Virus record (IMG/VR): IMGVR_UViG_3300031464_000003
DNA: 46,292 nt
Direction: 5' to 3' (one strand)
Source of the DNA: a virus
Each line of letters starts with the position of its first letter. The stretch's first letter is position 1. A program made the translations under genes and the position numbers. This document shows, piece by piece, positions 12,559 through 23,092 of the stretch. The notes under the pieces are model-generated. The model did no database searches and had not been told where the DNA came from. It saw only the letters and a program-made list of their open reading frames with translations.

Positions 12559-14363
12559 TGGCACTGACTCCTAAGCAGGTTGTGGAGCGCGTGGAGTACA
12601 TGCGCGCCCGCGACGCTGAGCGGAACGCCGCCCAGGAAGATGTGCTGGCCGTCCGCGAGGGCCGCTGGAACGACGTCTCCTGTGCGATCGGCAAGTTCCC
12701 CGAGGATTGGCCGAAGCCGATCGTCAGCAACATGATCGACATCGCCGCCAAGGACTTCAGCGAGAACCTTGGCCCGCTGCCGACGTTCGAGTCGCGGCCC
12801 ACCAACATGGCCTCCGACGCGGCGAAGCGTTTCGCCGACAAGCTGACGAAGATCATCAACGGTCACGTCGAGGCCAGCAACCTCCAGGCCCAGATGTACG
12901 GGGCCGCCGACCGGCTCATCACCTACGGCTTCACCGCGTTCATCGTCGAGCCCGACTTCGAGGAGAAGACCCCGAAGATCCGCGCCGACGACAATTTCCG
13001 CGCCCACTATCAGCTTGACCGCTGGGGGCGCAGAACCCTCTACTACTGTCGGGTCTTCTGCCGCAACCTGGACGAGCTGGCGCGGGAGTTCCCGGAGGCG
13101 GCGGGCCAGCTCTACGCCCTCCGCCCGTACGGCGACAACCGCGACCACGAGGTCGAGGTCGCCTACTGGTACGACGACGACCAGCAGATGCTGGTCACCC
13201 TAGAGGATGCGATCGTCCTGTATCGGGTGGAGAACCCGATTGGCCGCTGCCCCGTCAGGGTCGTGGAGATGCCCAAGCTGGGCAAGACGGTCCGCGGCCA
13301 GTTCGACGACGCCATCCCTGTGCAGGTCGCCCGAGCGGTGACCCAGAACTTCATCGTCCAGGCGACCGAGGAGATCGTCAACGCGCCCCTCGTGGCCCCG
13401 CTGGATGTGCAGGAGGTTCCTTTCGGGCCGGGGGCGGTTATTCGCACCGAGAATCCGAACGGTGTCGCCAAGGTCCAGTTGGCAATCCCCGCGGGCCTTT
13501 TTGCCGAGCTTCAGAACCTGGCGCTGGAGCAGCGGCTCGCCCTCCGCTACCCGGAGGGCCGCTCCGGCAACATCGACGCCAGCATCATCACCGGCCAGGG
13601 TGTTGAGGCCCTCATGGGCACGTTCTCCTCGGTGGTGCAGACGGCCCAGTTGATGCTGGCTGCTGGTCTCCGGGACGTCATGTCGATGGTCCTGGAGATG
13701 GACGAGAAGCTGTTCGGCAACGTCCGCAAGACGGTCCGCGGCCGGTTGAGCGGCGCCCCCTACGAGGTCACCTACACCCCTGCCCGCGACATTCGCGGCA
13801 ACTACCACTGTGAGGTCACCTACGGGCTGACCGCGGGGCTGGACCCGAACCGGGCGCTGGTGTTCATCCTCCAGTCGCTGGGCGCCGGTGTGATCAGCCA
13901 CGACACCGCGATGCGCCACCTCCCGGTTGACATCAACGTCGAGGAAGAGAAGCGCCAGATCGACATCGAGTCTGTGCGGATGGCGCTCACCCAGGCGGTG
14001 GCCGGCTACGCCCAGGCGATCCCGATGATGGCCACCCAGGGCATGGACCCGGCGATGCCGGTGCTCCAGATCGCTGAGGTGATGCGGCTCCGCCAGGAAG
14101 GCAAGTCGATCGAGGAGGCGGTGCAGCAGGTGTTCGCCCCGCCGCCGCCCGAGCCCAGCGAAGAGGCCACCGCTGCGGGTGGCGCCGCCACCGAGTCGGA
14201 GATCTTCAACGAGCAAACAGGCCTTCCCGAGGGTATCGCCCCCGGCCAGGCCCAGTTCGGCCAGGGCGGGGCAGCAGACCTCCTGATGGCTCTCGTCGGT
14301 ACCACGCCATCAGGGGCGCCGAATTTGGCGCTGAACGTTAGCCGAAGGATTCCAGCGGCGTAA
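12558..14363 (+). CDS. Portal protein (by position and size)
   Basis: 601 aa. ATG overlaps the terL stop (TAATG). It lies immediately downstream of terL and has an acidic/Gly-Ala-rich C-terminal tail. Confidence 0.7.
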   Translation: MALTPKQVVERVEYMRARDAERNAAQEDVLAVREGRWNDVSCAIGKFPEDWPKPIVSNMIDIAAKDFSENLGPLPTFESRPTNMASDAAKRFADKLTKIINGHVEASNLQAQMYGAADRLITYGFTAFIVEPDFEEKTPKIRADDNFRAHYQLDRWGRRTLYYCRVFCRNLDELAREFPEAAGQLYALRPYGDNRDHEVEVAYWYDDDQQMLVTLEDAIVLYRVENPIGRCPVRVVEMPKLGKTVRGQFDDAIPVQVARAVTQNFIVQATEEIVNAPLVAPLDVQEVPFGPGAVIRTENPNGVAKVQLAIPAGLFAELQNLALEQRLALRYPEGRSGNIDASIITGQGVEALMGTFSSVVQTAQLMLAAGLRDVMSMVLEMDEKLFGNVRKTVRGRLSGAPYEVTYTPARDIRGNYHCEVTYGLTAGLDPNRALVFILQSLGAGVISHDTAMRHLPVDINVEEEKRQIDIESVRMALTQAVAGYAQAIPMMATQGMDPAMPVLQIAEVMRLRQEGKSIEEAVQQVFAPPPPEPSEEATAAGGAATESEIFNEQTGLPEGIAPGQAQFGQGGAADLLMALVGTTPSGAPNLALNVSRRIPAA

Positions 14364-14374
14364 GGAGAAGGGAC

Positions 14375-14536
14375 ATGGCTTTCGGCCAGAAGGGTGGCAT
14401 GGCGAGCGCCCACGAGGCGCAGCCGATCACCTCGGGCGCGCCCAAGGAGGTCGCCACCACGAAGACCCCGAAGGGCCAGGTGCTGTTCGGTAGCCGGCCC
14501 GGCGGGATCGGCGGCACCGGCCGGGGCGCCCGGTGA
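14375..14536 (+). CDS. Hypothetical protein (53 aa)
   Basis: Below the track cutoff. Strong SD AAGGAGAAGGG precedes ATG 14375. Sequence MAFGQKGGMASAHEAQPITSGAPKEVATTKTPKGQVLFGSRPGGIGGTGRGAR. Confidence 0.5.
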   Translation: MAFGQKGGMASAHEAQPITSGAPKEVATTKTPKGQVLFGSRPGGIGGTGRGAR

Positions 14537-14790
14537 TGAGTGACGAGTCTGGCCAGGTCGGCTCGTTCGACCTGGCCAACTACATCAACCCAGACCACTG
14601 CCTCGTCGGGTTCGTTGCCGCTGTCAAGACGATCGGGCCAGATGGCGAAGTCAACACGGAGTTCGTCTACGACGGCGTGAACTCGTACGAGGTCGTCGGG
14701 ATGCTTCAGACGCATCTCGACACCATGCGGGCTGTGAACACGGCGAACTTGTTTGTGACCCAGACGGATCACCAGGAGGAGGACGGCTAG
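14536..14790 (+). CDS. Hypothetical protein (84 aa)
   Basis: TGATG stop/start overlap with the upstream ORF. Confidence 0.55.
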   Translation: MSDESGQVGSFDLANYINPDHCLVGFVAAVKTIGPDGEVNTEFVYDGVNSYEVVGMLQTHLDTMRAVNTANLFVTQTDHQEEDG

Positions 14791-15237
14791 ATGGCTGAGC
14801 GCGGCGGATACAGGGCGCCCCGCAACCCGGCGCCAGTGAGCGGGCCTGGCTCGCTGTCGCGTCGCACCGATGGCGGCCCTGGCGACCGGCAGCCGATCCG
14901 CCGCCTCCCGAACGCCAGGTACGGCGAGAGCCGAGAGTTTGAGTCCATCCAGGCTGGGGCTCCGCTGCCCGAGCGGCAGCAGCCGGAAGCCCCGCAGATG
15001 GACCGGTCGATGCTCATCCCATTCACCGCCGACTCGGCTCGCCCCGACGAGCCGGTCACCGCCGGCGCCGACGCTGGCGAAGGACCCGGCTCCGAAATCC
15101 TTGGCCTGCTTGGGAACCCGGACGCGAACATCGCCGCCATCGTCAAGTACCTGCCGCTGCTGGAGCACATGGCCAGCCGGCCCCACGCATCCCCCGAGAC
15201 GCGAGCGCTGATTCGACGGATAAAGGCACGGCTCTAA
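14791..15237 (+). CDS. Hypothetical virion-module protein (148 aa)
   Basis: ATG directly follows the upstream stop. TAATG overlap with the next gene. Confidence 0.55.
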   Translation: MAERGGYRAPRNPAPVSGPGSLSRRTDGGPGDRQPIRRLPNARYGESREFESIQAGAPLPERQQPEAPQMDRSMLIPFTADSARPDEPVTAGADAGEGPGSEILGLLGNPDANIAAIVKYLPLLEHMASRPHASPETRALIRRIKARL

Positions 15238-18200
15238 TGGGCTTCTGGTCTGAGATTTTCGACGCTGTAGCCAAGACCACCACGAGTACGCTCACGCTCG
15301 GGCCGCTTGCGCCTCTCGGCCTCATCCGGGACACCGCGGACATGGCGGCAGCCGAGGACCTGCCCGAGGACAGGAACGCCATTGTGCGCGCCGTTAACGC
15401 GGTGATGCATGGCGCTGGCGCAGCAGCAGGTGCTGTGGCCAAGGTGGCCACCGCGCCAGCCGAGTGGGCCACCCAGGAGGTTCTGGAGCCGGCGTACGAC
15501 TGGGTGACCTTCCAGCCGCGGCGGGCGATGGTGGCTGCCCGCCTGGCCCGCGCACGGGCCGTCGAGGCCGGCCACGAGCCTGGTGGCGTCCTTGAGTGGA
15601 CGCTGTTCTACGATCCCCAGACGTGGGAGGACGCCGCTGAGATCGCGGAGAACACCTCCCTTGGGCAGGCGTTCACCGAGCTGCTGGGCAGCTCCACGCT
15701 GGTGCGTGAGGACTCAGCCGTTTTCCATGCAACCGGCGCCGCGAACTTCGAGAATCGGTTTGCCCCGACCGAGGAAGAGATCCGTCGGCTGCGGGAGAGC
15801 CACCCCGGCTACAACATCACTTCTGGTGCGTTCGACTTCGCGGCCCGCTGGTATCTCGACCCGTTGATGATGGCCACCAAGGCGGGCCGGTTTGTTAGGC
15901 TGCGCAGAGTGCGCCCGATCCAGCCAGGCGAGGATATTGCCGCGGCATTCGAGCTTGAGGGCGCTGACGTGCCTGATGGCCGGCTTCGCCGCCTGTGGTA
16001 CAACTTTAGCCGCGGTGAAAACATCTACCAGCGGGTTAGCAAACTCTGGTCAGAAGAGACCAAGAGCTGGGGGCCTTTTGATTTCATCCTCGCATCGGAC
16101 GCGGTTGCCAAGTCGTCGAACCCGGTAGCGTTCGGCTGGGCGCTGGCTGAGGCTAACCAGTTCGAAGGCGCTGTGCGGGTCGAGACAATGAAGCTTGTAC
16201 TCCGCACCGCTCTCGGTGACGCCAAGGCTTTGGCGGAGTTGCGGGAGCGTCGGCCAGTGATTGCCGATGCGCTACTCGCCGCCCAGGACGACTTCGACGC
16301 CGCTAAGGCGGAGCTTTTGTACGAGCGTGGTCTGTCGAAGGACCCGCAGCTCCTCCTGTTCGACCAAAAGCTGCGCCCGCTTGTCGGCAATTTCGAGGAC
16401 AACCCCCTGGTCCGCAAGGTCCGCAGGCAGCGCTACAGGATGCTGAAGCAGCGTCTTGAGCAGGTCCAGCGGGAAGCGGATTTCAGGAGTGTGCTGGAGA
16501 AGGACGTCTTTGGCGTCGCTCGCGGCTCCGTGCCGACCATCAACAGGCGAGGCGCCAAGCGGATCGAGCGTAAGTTCCCGGTCGAGTTCGAGTACAGGGC
16601 GTCCCCGTGGAGCACTCCCGTCCGGTGGATCAGGTACGGCCGCGACGAGGTTGACTCGCTGCTCAACATGCGGGCGAACGGCTTCATCCACTTGGATGCG
16701 CCGGACTCCTACCGGGAGCTTGACGCCTACTTTACGCTGGCGAGGCGCCTCTTCAAGGACAACATAAGCCCTGAGGCTCACCGAGCGTTCCTCAACAGGT
16801 ACACGAAGGCCCGCACGCCAATTGAGCGGATGGCCGTCGTGGAAAAGGCCGAGCAGTACGCGCTCAAGCGGATCGCCGCTAACTACGGCATCCCGCAGGA
16901 GTTTGCGGTTGAGCTGTTTAAGCGGCTTCAGCAGGAGCGTAGCCGGCTTTTCGGCTCTAGGGAGCGCATCTACTCGGCCGCCCCGAGCCCGGACCCGCTT
17001 GACCCGATGGGCACCACCGCCGACATGGTGTACTCAGACGGCGCGTATGTTCATCTGCCGATCCTCTCTACCCAGCAGCCGAACATCGTACCGATGTCGG
17101 ATTTGGCCGAACTGAAGCGGCTGATGGACAAGGAGGCTGCGCGGGTTCGAGGACTGCTCCGCCAACTCCAGGAGCAGGGTGCCACGCTCAAGGAGGTCCT
17201 CGACGGCACAGTGGCCGGGACCGCCAAATACCGGGCGAGCCTGTCGGATTTGGTTTTTGAGACGCTCGACCGCTACAGCTCATTCTGGAAGCTCACCACG
17301 CTGCTCCGCCCCTCGTACCCGATGCGGAGCATCCTGGAGTCGAACCTGCGGTCATTCGCGAGCTTCCGTTCGGCGGCTCTGTTGGCGTGGCTGGAGGGCA
17401 CCAGAAACTTCGTCTCGAACCTTGCCAACCGCGGTAAGAACGGCCGTATCGTCGCGGAGCACATTTTCGAAGAGCGGATGCGGCTTGAGCTGCTGCGGGA
17501 CCAACTGGAGGTGCTTGAGGAGCAGTACGCCAAGGCGCCGAAGCGCAAGAAGAGAGAGCTTAAGGTTGAGGTAGAGCGCGCCCGCGGCTCCCTCAGGGAG
17601 CAGCAGGCGAAGGTTGAGCGCCTTAGCAAGGCGAAGACCAGCGAAATCATCGAGGAACTTGGCCTTAAAAAGGAGCTTGGCGCCAACCCATTCAAGGTTC
17701 CCGGTGGTGGCACCTTCGAGGGTCCGTTTGATTCGCCGGAAGGCGCGTTCCGCAAGACTCAAACCGCGGCCAACGGCATGTACTGGCGCCTCTACCTGAG
17801 TGGCCGAGGCGATGAACAAGCCCGCGGCGAGCTACTTCGCCGCATGGCGGAGCGCGGCGACGCGGTTGAACAATGGCGGGTCTTGATGAACTGGAGCGAC
17901 CCGAAGACCTATCTGCCATCGGACCGCGAGCACTCCGCGGTGTGGCAGCGGATTATCAACTTCCAGTTCCGCAATGACCCGCTGATTATGGGCAGTGGGA
18001 ACTTCCCTGGGCTGATCGGCGGCGCCACCACTGAGGAAGCGATTCGCTGGCTGCGCCTGACCCCTGAGGGGCAGGCGCATTGGCGGAGCATCCCGCCGCA
18101 GCATCGGCGTGACATAGAGCGGTTTGTCAACGGGGTCCGCTCTACAGTTGACTACTACCTGCCGACGCAGGATCTGCGGAACATCGTCCGTGATCGAGAG

Positions 18201-20183
18201 TTGACGCTCGGGGACATCGAGGCCCACAAGGCCGTTAGGGGCAATCCTGTCCCAATGGTGCATGGCCCCAGCGTTGAGGCGACACTTGGGCGGGGCAAGA
18301 CGCCAAACTTGTGGACCCGCACTATAGGAACGTGGCTTGATTACATCTCCTCGGGTCCGGAGACGAAGTTGGCACGCCACCCGCACTATGTGATCGCCTA
18401 CCGGGAGGCGGTGCGCAAGGAGATTGACTACCTCCTTAAGGATCCGAACCGGAAGCTCCTCGGGCTGGACGACAAGATTCTCATCGAGGAACTGGAGGGC
18501 CACATCAAGCAGCGCGCCCACCAGGCCGCGTTGAAAAACCTGAAAGAGACGCTGTATGACGCCTCTGAGCGGTCGAATGCTGCACACCTTCTGCGGTGGG
18601 CTTCCCCGTTCCTCGCCGCCCACCAGGACGCGCTGAGCGTGTGGTGGAGACTCGTCAAAGACGACCCGCGCCTGCTCGGCTGGGCAAACTTGCTGTGGAT
18701 GTTCCCAGCCAAGGCGGGCGTCGTCATCGACGAGGATGGCAACCTCGTCAAGGGACGCGACTACGCGGACACCGATAGGGTGATCCTGGCGCTACCGGCG
18801 TGGGCTGGTGGCCCCACCGAACGCGACCCCGACCGTGGGGTGTTCACGATCATGGACTCCCGGGCGACGATCAGCCTCGACACCATGAACGTGGTGTTTC
18901 CGGGCAGTCCCTGGTGGTCGCCGGGTGTCGGCCCCCTGGTGACGATCCCGCTCTCTTGGTACCGCAAGCAGCAGCCAGGGATCGACAAATACGTCTCCTG
19001 GATGGACCCCTACGGTCCTATCGAGGGTGGCGCGTTGGGCTACATTGAGGCTGCGTTCCTGCCCCCGTGGGCGCAGCGTGCCGCTGGCCTGATCCTCGGC
19101 AAAAACGACCACCAGTACGCCGGGTACGTCAACTGGATGTACATGACCGACCTGGCGGAGTGGCATCTGAACGGCCAGATTGGCCCCGAGCCGACGCCGG
19201 AGGAGGCGGCCGAAAAGGTCAATGTCCTTTACGGGCTGAAGATCGCGTCGCTGCTCGGCTCCCCGTTCCAGGTGAACTTCCAGTCCAAGTACCAGTTCGC
19301 CCAGGACGCCTACAATAACCTTCAGGACGAGGCGCAGCGTCGCGGCCTGGGCGAGGAATGGGTCTTCGAGCAGTTCCGCGAGAAGTACCACGACGCCCTG
19401 ATGTTGATGGCATCCGGCACCGGCAAAAACAACGCCGGACTGGTCACCTCTCCTGAGGCGATCGCCGCCAAGGAGAAGTACCAGCACATCATCAACAGCT
19501 ACAATCCACGGTTCGCCGCGGGCATCGTCGGCACCGAGGGTCAGATCGGCGAATGGAACCCCTCCGCGCAGGCCCGCGTCTACGAGGAGCCCATCGTCGA
19601 GGGCGGCTCCATCATGTGGCGTGAACGTCGCGGCACCGAAGAGGTGGTGCAAGCGAACTACGCCCGCATCGGATGGCACGACTACCGGCAGATCATGAAC
19701 CTCATCGAAGCCTATGCCGAGGAGCATGGGCTTAGGACTTACCGGGAGTCGCCCGCTCTTGTGCAGCTCCGTGCTGCTGTCATCGCAGAGTTGAAGGAGC
19801 AGAACCCTTATTGGTGGGAGGAATACGACTCGGGCCGCGAGAGCTTCGACCGGAACCTGTTGGAGATCGCCAAGATCGCTGAGGATAAGCGGTGGCTGGA
19901 CTACCCGGAGCGGAACGACATTGTGACGCTTCGGGAGTACCTGGCTCTCCGCCGCATGTTCGAGCAGCAATTGGAGGAGCGGCGGAGGGCCGGTGGCGAC
20001 AAGACCATGCAGGCCAAGTCCAATTCCGATCTGCGGAAACTGTGGACGCTTGCGGTCGGGGAGCTGGTCGAGCGGGACATTACATTCGCGGACTCCTGGT
20101 TTTACCGCTACCTGGAGTATGACCCCTGGCTGGATGACGCGCTTCTCGCAGAGGAGGTGACGACTAGTGGCGCAGGAGGATGA
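15237..20183 (+). CDS. Very large virion-module protein (1648 aa); possible internal/ejection protein, function unknown
   Basis: A single uninterrupted ORF between portal and capsid genes, with a hydrophobic N-terminus and long coiled-coil stretches. I recognised no motif. Confidence 0.6.
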   Translation: MGFWSEIFDAVAKTTTSTLTLGPLAPLGLIRDTADMAAAEDLPEDRNAIVRAVNAVMHGAGAAAGAVAKVATAPAEWATQEVLEPAYDWVTFQPRRAMVAARLARARAVEAGHEPGGVLEWTLFYDPQTWEDAAEIAENTSLGQAFTELLGSSTLVREDSAVFHATGAANFENRFAPTEEEIRRLRESHPGYNITSGAFDFAARWYLDPLMMATKAGRFVRLRRVRPIQPGEDIAAAFELEGADVPDGRLRRLWYNFSRGENIYQRVSKLWSEETKSWGPFDFILASDAVAKSSNPVAFGWALAEANQFEGAVRVETMKLVLRTALGDAKALAELRERRPVIADALLAAQDDFDAAKAELLYERGLSKDPQLLLFDQKLRPLVGNFEDNPLVRKVRRQRYRMLKQRLEQVQREADFRSVLEKDVFGVARGSVPTINRRGAKRIERKFPVEFEYRASPWSTPVRWIRYGRDEVDSLLNMRANGFIHLDAPDSYRELDAYFTLARRLFKDNISPEAHRAFLNRYTKARTPIERMAVVEKAEQYALKRIAANYGIPQEFAVELFKRLQQERSRLFGSRERIYSAAPSPDPLDPMGTTADMVYSDGAYVHLPILSTQQPNIVPMSDLAELKRLMDKEAARVRGLLRQLQEQGATLKEVLDGTVAGTAKYRASLSDLVFETLDRYSSFWKLTTLLRPSYPMRSILESNLRSFASFRSAALLAWLEGTRNFVSNLANRGKNGRIVAEHIFEERMRLELLRDQLEVLEEQYAKAPKRKKRELKVEVERARGSLREQQAKVERLSKAKTSEIIEELGLKKELGANPFKVPGGGTFEGPFDSPEGAFRKTQTAANGMYWRLYLSGRGDEQARGELLRRMAERGDAVEQWRVLMNWSDPKTYLPSDREHSAVWQRIINFQFRNDPLIMGSGNFPGLIGGATTEEAIRWLRLTPEGQAHWRSIPPQHRRDIERFVNGVRSTVDYYLPTQDLRNIVRDRELTLGDIEAHKAVRGNPVPMVHGPSVEATLGRGKTPNLWTRTIGTWLDYISSGPETKLARHPHYVIAYREAVRKEIDYLLKDPNRKLLGLDDKILIEELEGHIKQRAHQAALKNLKETLYDASERSNAAHLLRWASPFLAAHQDALSVWWRLVKDDPRLLGWANLLWMFPAKAGVVIDEDGNLVKGRDYADTDRVILALPAWAGGPTERDPDRGVFTIMDSRATISLDTMNVVFPGSPWWSPGVGPLVTIPLSWYRKQQPGIDKYVSWMDPYGPIEGGALGYIEAAFLPPWAQRAAGLILGKNDHQYAGYVNWMYMTDLAEWHLNGQIGPEPTPEEAAEKVNVLYGLKIASLLGSPFQVNFQSKYQFAQDAYNNLQDEAQRRGLGEEWVFEQFREKYHDALMLMASGTGKNNAGLVTSPEAIAAKEKYQHIINSYNPRFAAGIVGTEGQIGEWNPSAQARVYEEPIVEGGSIMWRERRGTEEVVQANYARIGWHDYRQIMNLIEAYAEEHGLRTYRESPALVQLRAAVIAELKEQNPYWWEEYDSGRESFDRNLLEIAKIAEDKRWLDYPERNDIVTLREYLALRRMFEQQLEERRRAGGDKTMQAKSNSDLRKLWTLAVGELVERDITFADSWFYRYLEYDPWLDDALLAEEVTTSGAGG

Positions 20184-21084
20184 GCCTACGCCGACGCCAC
20201 GGCCTCAGAGCCCCCCGAGGGGCGGTGGCGTCCTAGACCGTCTCCGCCAGGGTGATATCGAGGCTGCCTTCGCCGCGGCAGGTATTACTATTGACAATTC
20301 CGGAGCCGAGCGGGAAGCCAGGGTTCCAAGGGTGTGGATGCCTGACCTCAGAACCGAGGTCACCACCCACTACCTGCCCGGCGGGGAGGAGCGTGCTCAC
20401 GGTATGCCCTCCCCCACCCCGCTCAAGGTGAAAACCCTGCGGGCGCATGAAGTCACGATCGACCGGGCCAGGTCATTCATCTACAACGAAAACTTTCGCA
20501 GCCAGATCCTGGAATTCCTCCAGCGGCAGGGCTTCCAAGTCCAAAGCTTCGAGGAGTTGCAAAAGATCTGGTACACCGCAGTCAATATGGCTGCGGATGC
20601 TTGGGCGAACGGCCAGGGTTCCAAGGTCACCGTTTTCGATATTCTGGAAAGCCTGGCCCCAACCGGGGCTGGAGGCCCGCCCAAGGGGCAGCGTTGGAGT
20701 CAGACGGTCACCGAAACCAACATTACGGAGATCGGTCCGGAGACCGCCCGGGCGATCCTCACCAACGCCCTCACCGAGCACCTGGGCAGGGCGCCCACCC
20801 AGGAGGAGATCGAGGACTTCGCCTCGCGGGCGAACGCCATCGTCTCTGCCAACCCGCAGGTGACCGAAACGACGACAACCCAGGAGTGGGACCCAGAGCT
20901 GGGCGACTACGTGCCAACCGAGAGGACCACCCGCCAGATCGGCCCGTCCGCGGAGGAGGTCCGCAACATGGTTCAGCAGGCCGCGGTTGACGAGGCGATG
21001 GAATCGGACGAGTACGGCGCCTTCCAGGCCGCCACCACCTACTTCAACGCCCTGCTTCAGGCGATCGCCTCACCGACGGGGTGA
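20167..21084 (+). CDS. Hypothetical virion-module protein (305 aa)
   Basis: GTG start overlapping the end of the 1648-aa ORF by 17 nt. Confidence 0.6.
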   Translation: MAQEDEPTPTPRPQSPPRGGGVLDRLRQGDIEAAFAAAGITIDNSGAEREARVPRVWMPDLRTEVTTHYLPGGEERAHGMPSPTPLKVKTLRAHEVTIDRARSFIYNENFRSQILEFLQRQGFQVQSFEELQKIWYTAVNMAADAWANGQGSKVTVFDILESLAPTGAGGPPKGQRWSQTVTETNITEIGPETARAILTNALTEHLGRAPTQEEIEDFASRANAIVSANPQVTETTTTQEWDPELGDYVPTERTTRQIGPSAEEVRNMVQQAAVDEAMESDEYGAFQAATTYFNALLQAIASPTG

Positions 21085-21089
21085 GGTAG

Positions 21090-22196
21090 ATGGCCAACCC
21101 TTCGAGTAACCGCGGGCGTAGCTGGTCTGCGGAGCAGATCCAGAACGCCCGCATCATCGCCCAGGTGGGCAGGGCGATGGGCATGTCGTCGAGAGACATT
21201 CTCATCGCGTTGATGACCGCCCTCCAGGAGTCCGGGCTCCGCAACCTCAACTACGGTGACCGCGACTCGCTGGGCCTGTTCCAGCAGCGACCCAGCCAGG
21301 GCTGGGGCACACCCCAACAGATCATGGACCCCCGCTACGCGGCGAGAAAGTTCTTCGAGCGGTTGGCGCAGATCCGCAACCGCAACAACCTGGAGCTGTG
21401 GCAGGCGGCCCAGAAGGTCCAGATCTCCGCATTCCCGCGAGCGTACGCCAAGTGGGAGTCGTCGGCCCGCCAGCTACTGAGCCAGATCGGGAACGTCGCC
21501 CCAGACCTGGGCGGCTTCACCTCGACGCCGATGGAGTTCGGTATCGGGATGGAGCCCCAACAGCCGAGCCCGATGGGCCAGCCGGGCACGCTAGAGGCGT
21601 CCCCGGGCGGAGATAGCCCCATGGTGTCCGCCATGGACAAGCTCCTGGAAGAGCGGGCCGGCGCCGGCGACCAGCAGGGCGACCCGGAGGCGCTAGGCAC
21701 GCAGGCCGCCGACGAGGCTATTGACTGGTCCCAGTGGACCGTCCAGGACATGCTGATGCCCGAGGCGCAGGGCATCCCCGGTGGGCCGCTGGATCTCATC
21801 GGCGAGGCCGGCGAGGGGGCGACCGGCATCCGGGCCGCGGTGATCAACCTCGCGAAACGCTTCATCGGGGTCCCCTACCGGTGGGGTGGCGCAGACCCGA
21901 GCGGGTTCGACTGCTCGGGGCTCGTCCAGTACGTGCTCGGGCAGATGGGTGTCCACGTGCCCCGCCTCGCCTACCAGCAGGCCAACTACGGGGAACAGAC
22001 GAGCATCGCCAACCTGCGCCCCGGCGACCTCGTGTTCTGGGGGAACAGCCGCCGGACACAGGGCAACCACATCGCCTTCTACCTCGGCAACGGGATGATC
22101 CTCGAGGCTCCGCGCCCGGGGCTCTCGGTTCGGATCAGGCGCCTGGGCCAGTGGGACAAGGATGACGGCGCCATAGGCGTCAGGCTGAACTACTGA
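21090..22196 (+). CDS. Virion-associated peptidoglycan hydrolase (N-terminal lysozyme-like region + C-terminal NlpC/P60)
   Basis: The C-terminus GVPYRWGGADPSGFDCSGLVQY ... GNHIAFYLGNGMILEAP carries the NlpC/P60 Cys-His core. The N-terminal segment GDRDSLGLFQQRPSQGWG resembles transglycosylase-like domains. Confidence 0.8.
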   Translation: MANPSSNRGRSWSAEQIQNARIIAQVGRAMGMSSRDILIALMTALQESGLRNLNYGDRDSLGLFQQRPSQGWGTPQQIMDPRYAARKFFERLAQIRNRNNLELWQAAQKVQISAFPRAYAKWESSARQLLSQIGNVAPDLGGFTSTPMEFGIGMEPQQPSPMGQPGTLEASPGGDSPMVSAMDKLLEERAGAGDQQGDPEALGTQAADEAIDWSQWTVQDMLMPEAQGIPGGPLDLIGEAGEGATGIRAAVINLAKRFIGVPYRWGGADPSGFDCSGLVQYVLGQMGVHVPRLAYQQANYGEQTSIANLRPGDLVFWGNSRRTQGNHIAFYLGNGMILEAPRPGLSVRIRRLGQWDKDDGAIGVRLNY

Positions 22197-22207
22197 GAGG
22201 GTTCTGA

Positions 22208-23092
22208 GTGGCACCACGTATTGACATGGAGGAGCTGGCGGCCAGCTACGGCTGGTCGTATGCGGTCCTCCAGTCCAACCCCGAGCTGCGCAGGATCTTC
22301 CAGCGCGCCGTCAAGGAGTCGTGGACAGCCCCTCGATTCGTCGCAGCGATCCGCAACACCAAGTGGTATCGGACGCATGGTGAGTCCGCCCGGCAGGCGC
22401 TGATCCTCCAGAAGACGGACCCGGCCGAGTGGAACCGCCGCGTCAAGCAGATGCGCTACCACATCCGGGCGGTCTACGGCGAGATCGCCGGCGGCATGCG
22501 GCTCAACCCGCGGTTCCTCGATAAGGCCGCTGTCCAGGCGGTCATGTTCGGGTGGACCGAGGAGGAGGTCCGTTTCCACGTCGCCCGGGCGACGGACTAT
22601 GGCCGGCTGATGAACCAGGGCCGGCTCGGCGGCCAGGCTGGTCAGCTTGAGCAGTTCATCCGCAGGGCGTTGGGCGAATACGGGGTGAAGGCCTCCAATC
22701 GCTGGATCGCCACCAGAATCAAGAACTCGATGATGGGTCTCGACTCCCAGGAGGCGATCCTGGAGACCATCAAGCGCTGGGCGAAGGCCCAGTACCGGGC
22801 GTTCGCCGACGACATCGACCGCGGCATGACGGTGCAAGACATCGCGGAGCCGTACCGCCAGTCGATGGCGCGGCTGCTGGAACTCAACCCCGAGAGCGTG
22901 GATCTCAACGACTCGATGATCCGGCGAGCGTTGACGGCCACCGACCAGAACGGCAAGCCGGTCGCCATGCCGCTGTGGGAGTTCGAGAACAAGGTCCGCG
23001 AGGATCCGCGCTGGGTGCGGACGAAGAACGCCCAGGACACCTTCATGAGCGTCGGCCGTAGCATCCTCACGCAGATGGGGCTGGTCGCATGA
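22208..23092 (+). CDS. Hypothetical virion-module protein (294 aa)
   Basis: GTG start with GAGGG upstream. ATGA overlap with the next gene. Confidence 0.6.
   Translation: MAPRIDMEELAASYGWSYAVLQSNPELRRIFQRAVKESWTAPRFVAAIRNTKWYRTHGESARQALILQKTDPAEWNRRVKQMRYHIRAVYGEIAGGMRLNPRFLDKAAVQAVMFGWTEEEVRFHVARATDYGRLMNQGRLGGQAGQLEQFIRRALGEYGVKASNRWIATRIKNSMMGLDSQEAILETIKRWAKAQYRAFADDIDRGMTVQDIAEPYRQSMARLLELNPESVDLNDSMIRRALTATDQNGKPVAMPLWEFENKVREDPRWVRTKNAQDTFMSVGRSILTQMGLVA

Noticed and set aside
13200-19970. Long antisense ORFs opposite the portal and the 1648-aa gene (13200-14216, 14338-15186, 17832-18623, 18792-19970)
   Set aside because: The same shadow-ORF signature applies: low-complexity, stop-poor because of high GC3 on the sense strand, and no start signals.
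15237-20183. The 1648-aa ORF as a tape measure protein
   Set aside because: It lies between the portal and scaffold/capsid genes rather than after tail genes. There is no upstream chaperone pair with a slippery site and no major tail gene in the genome.
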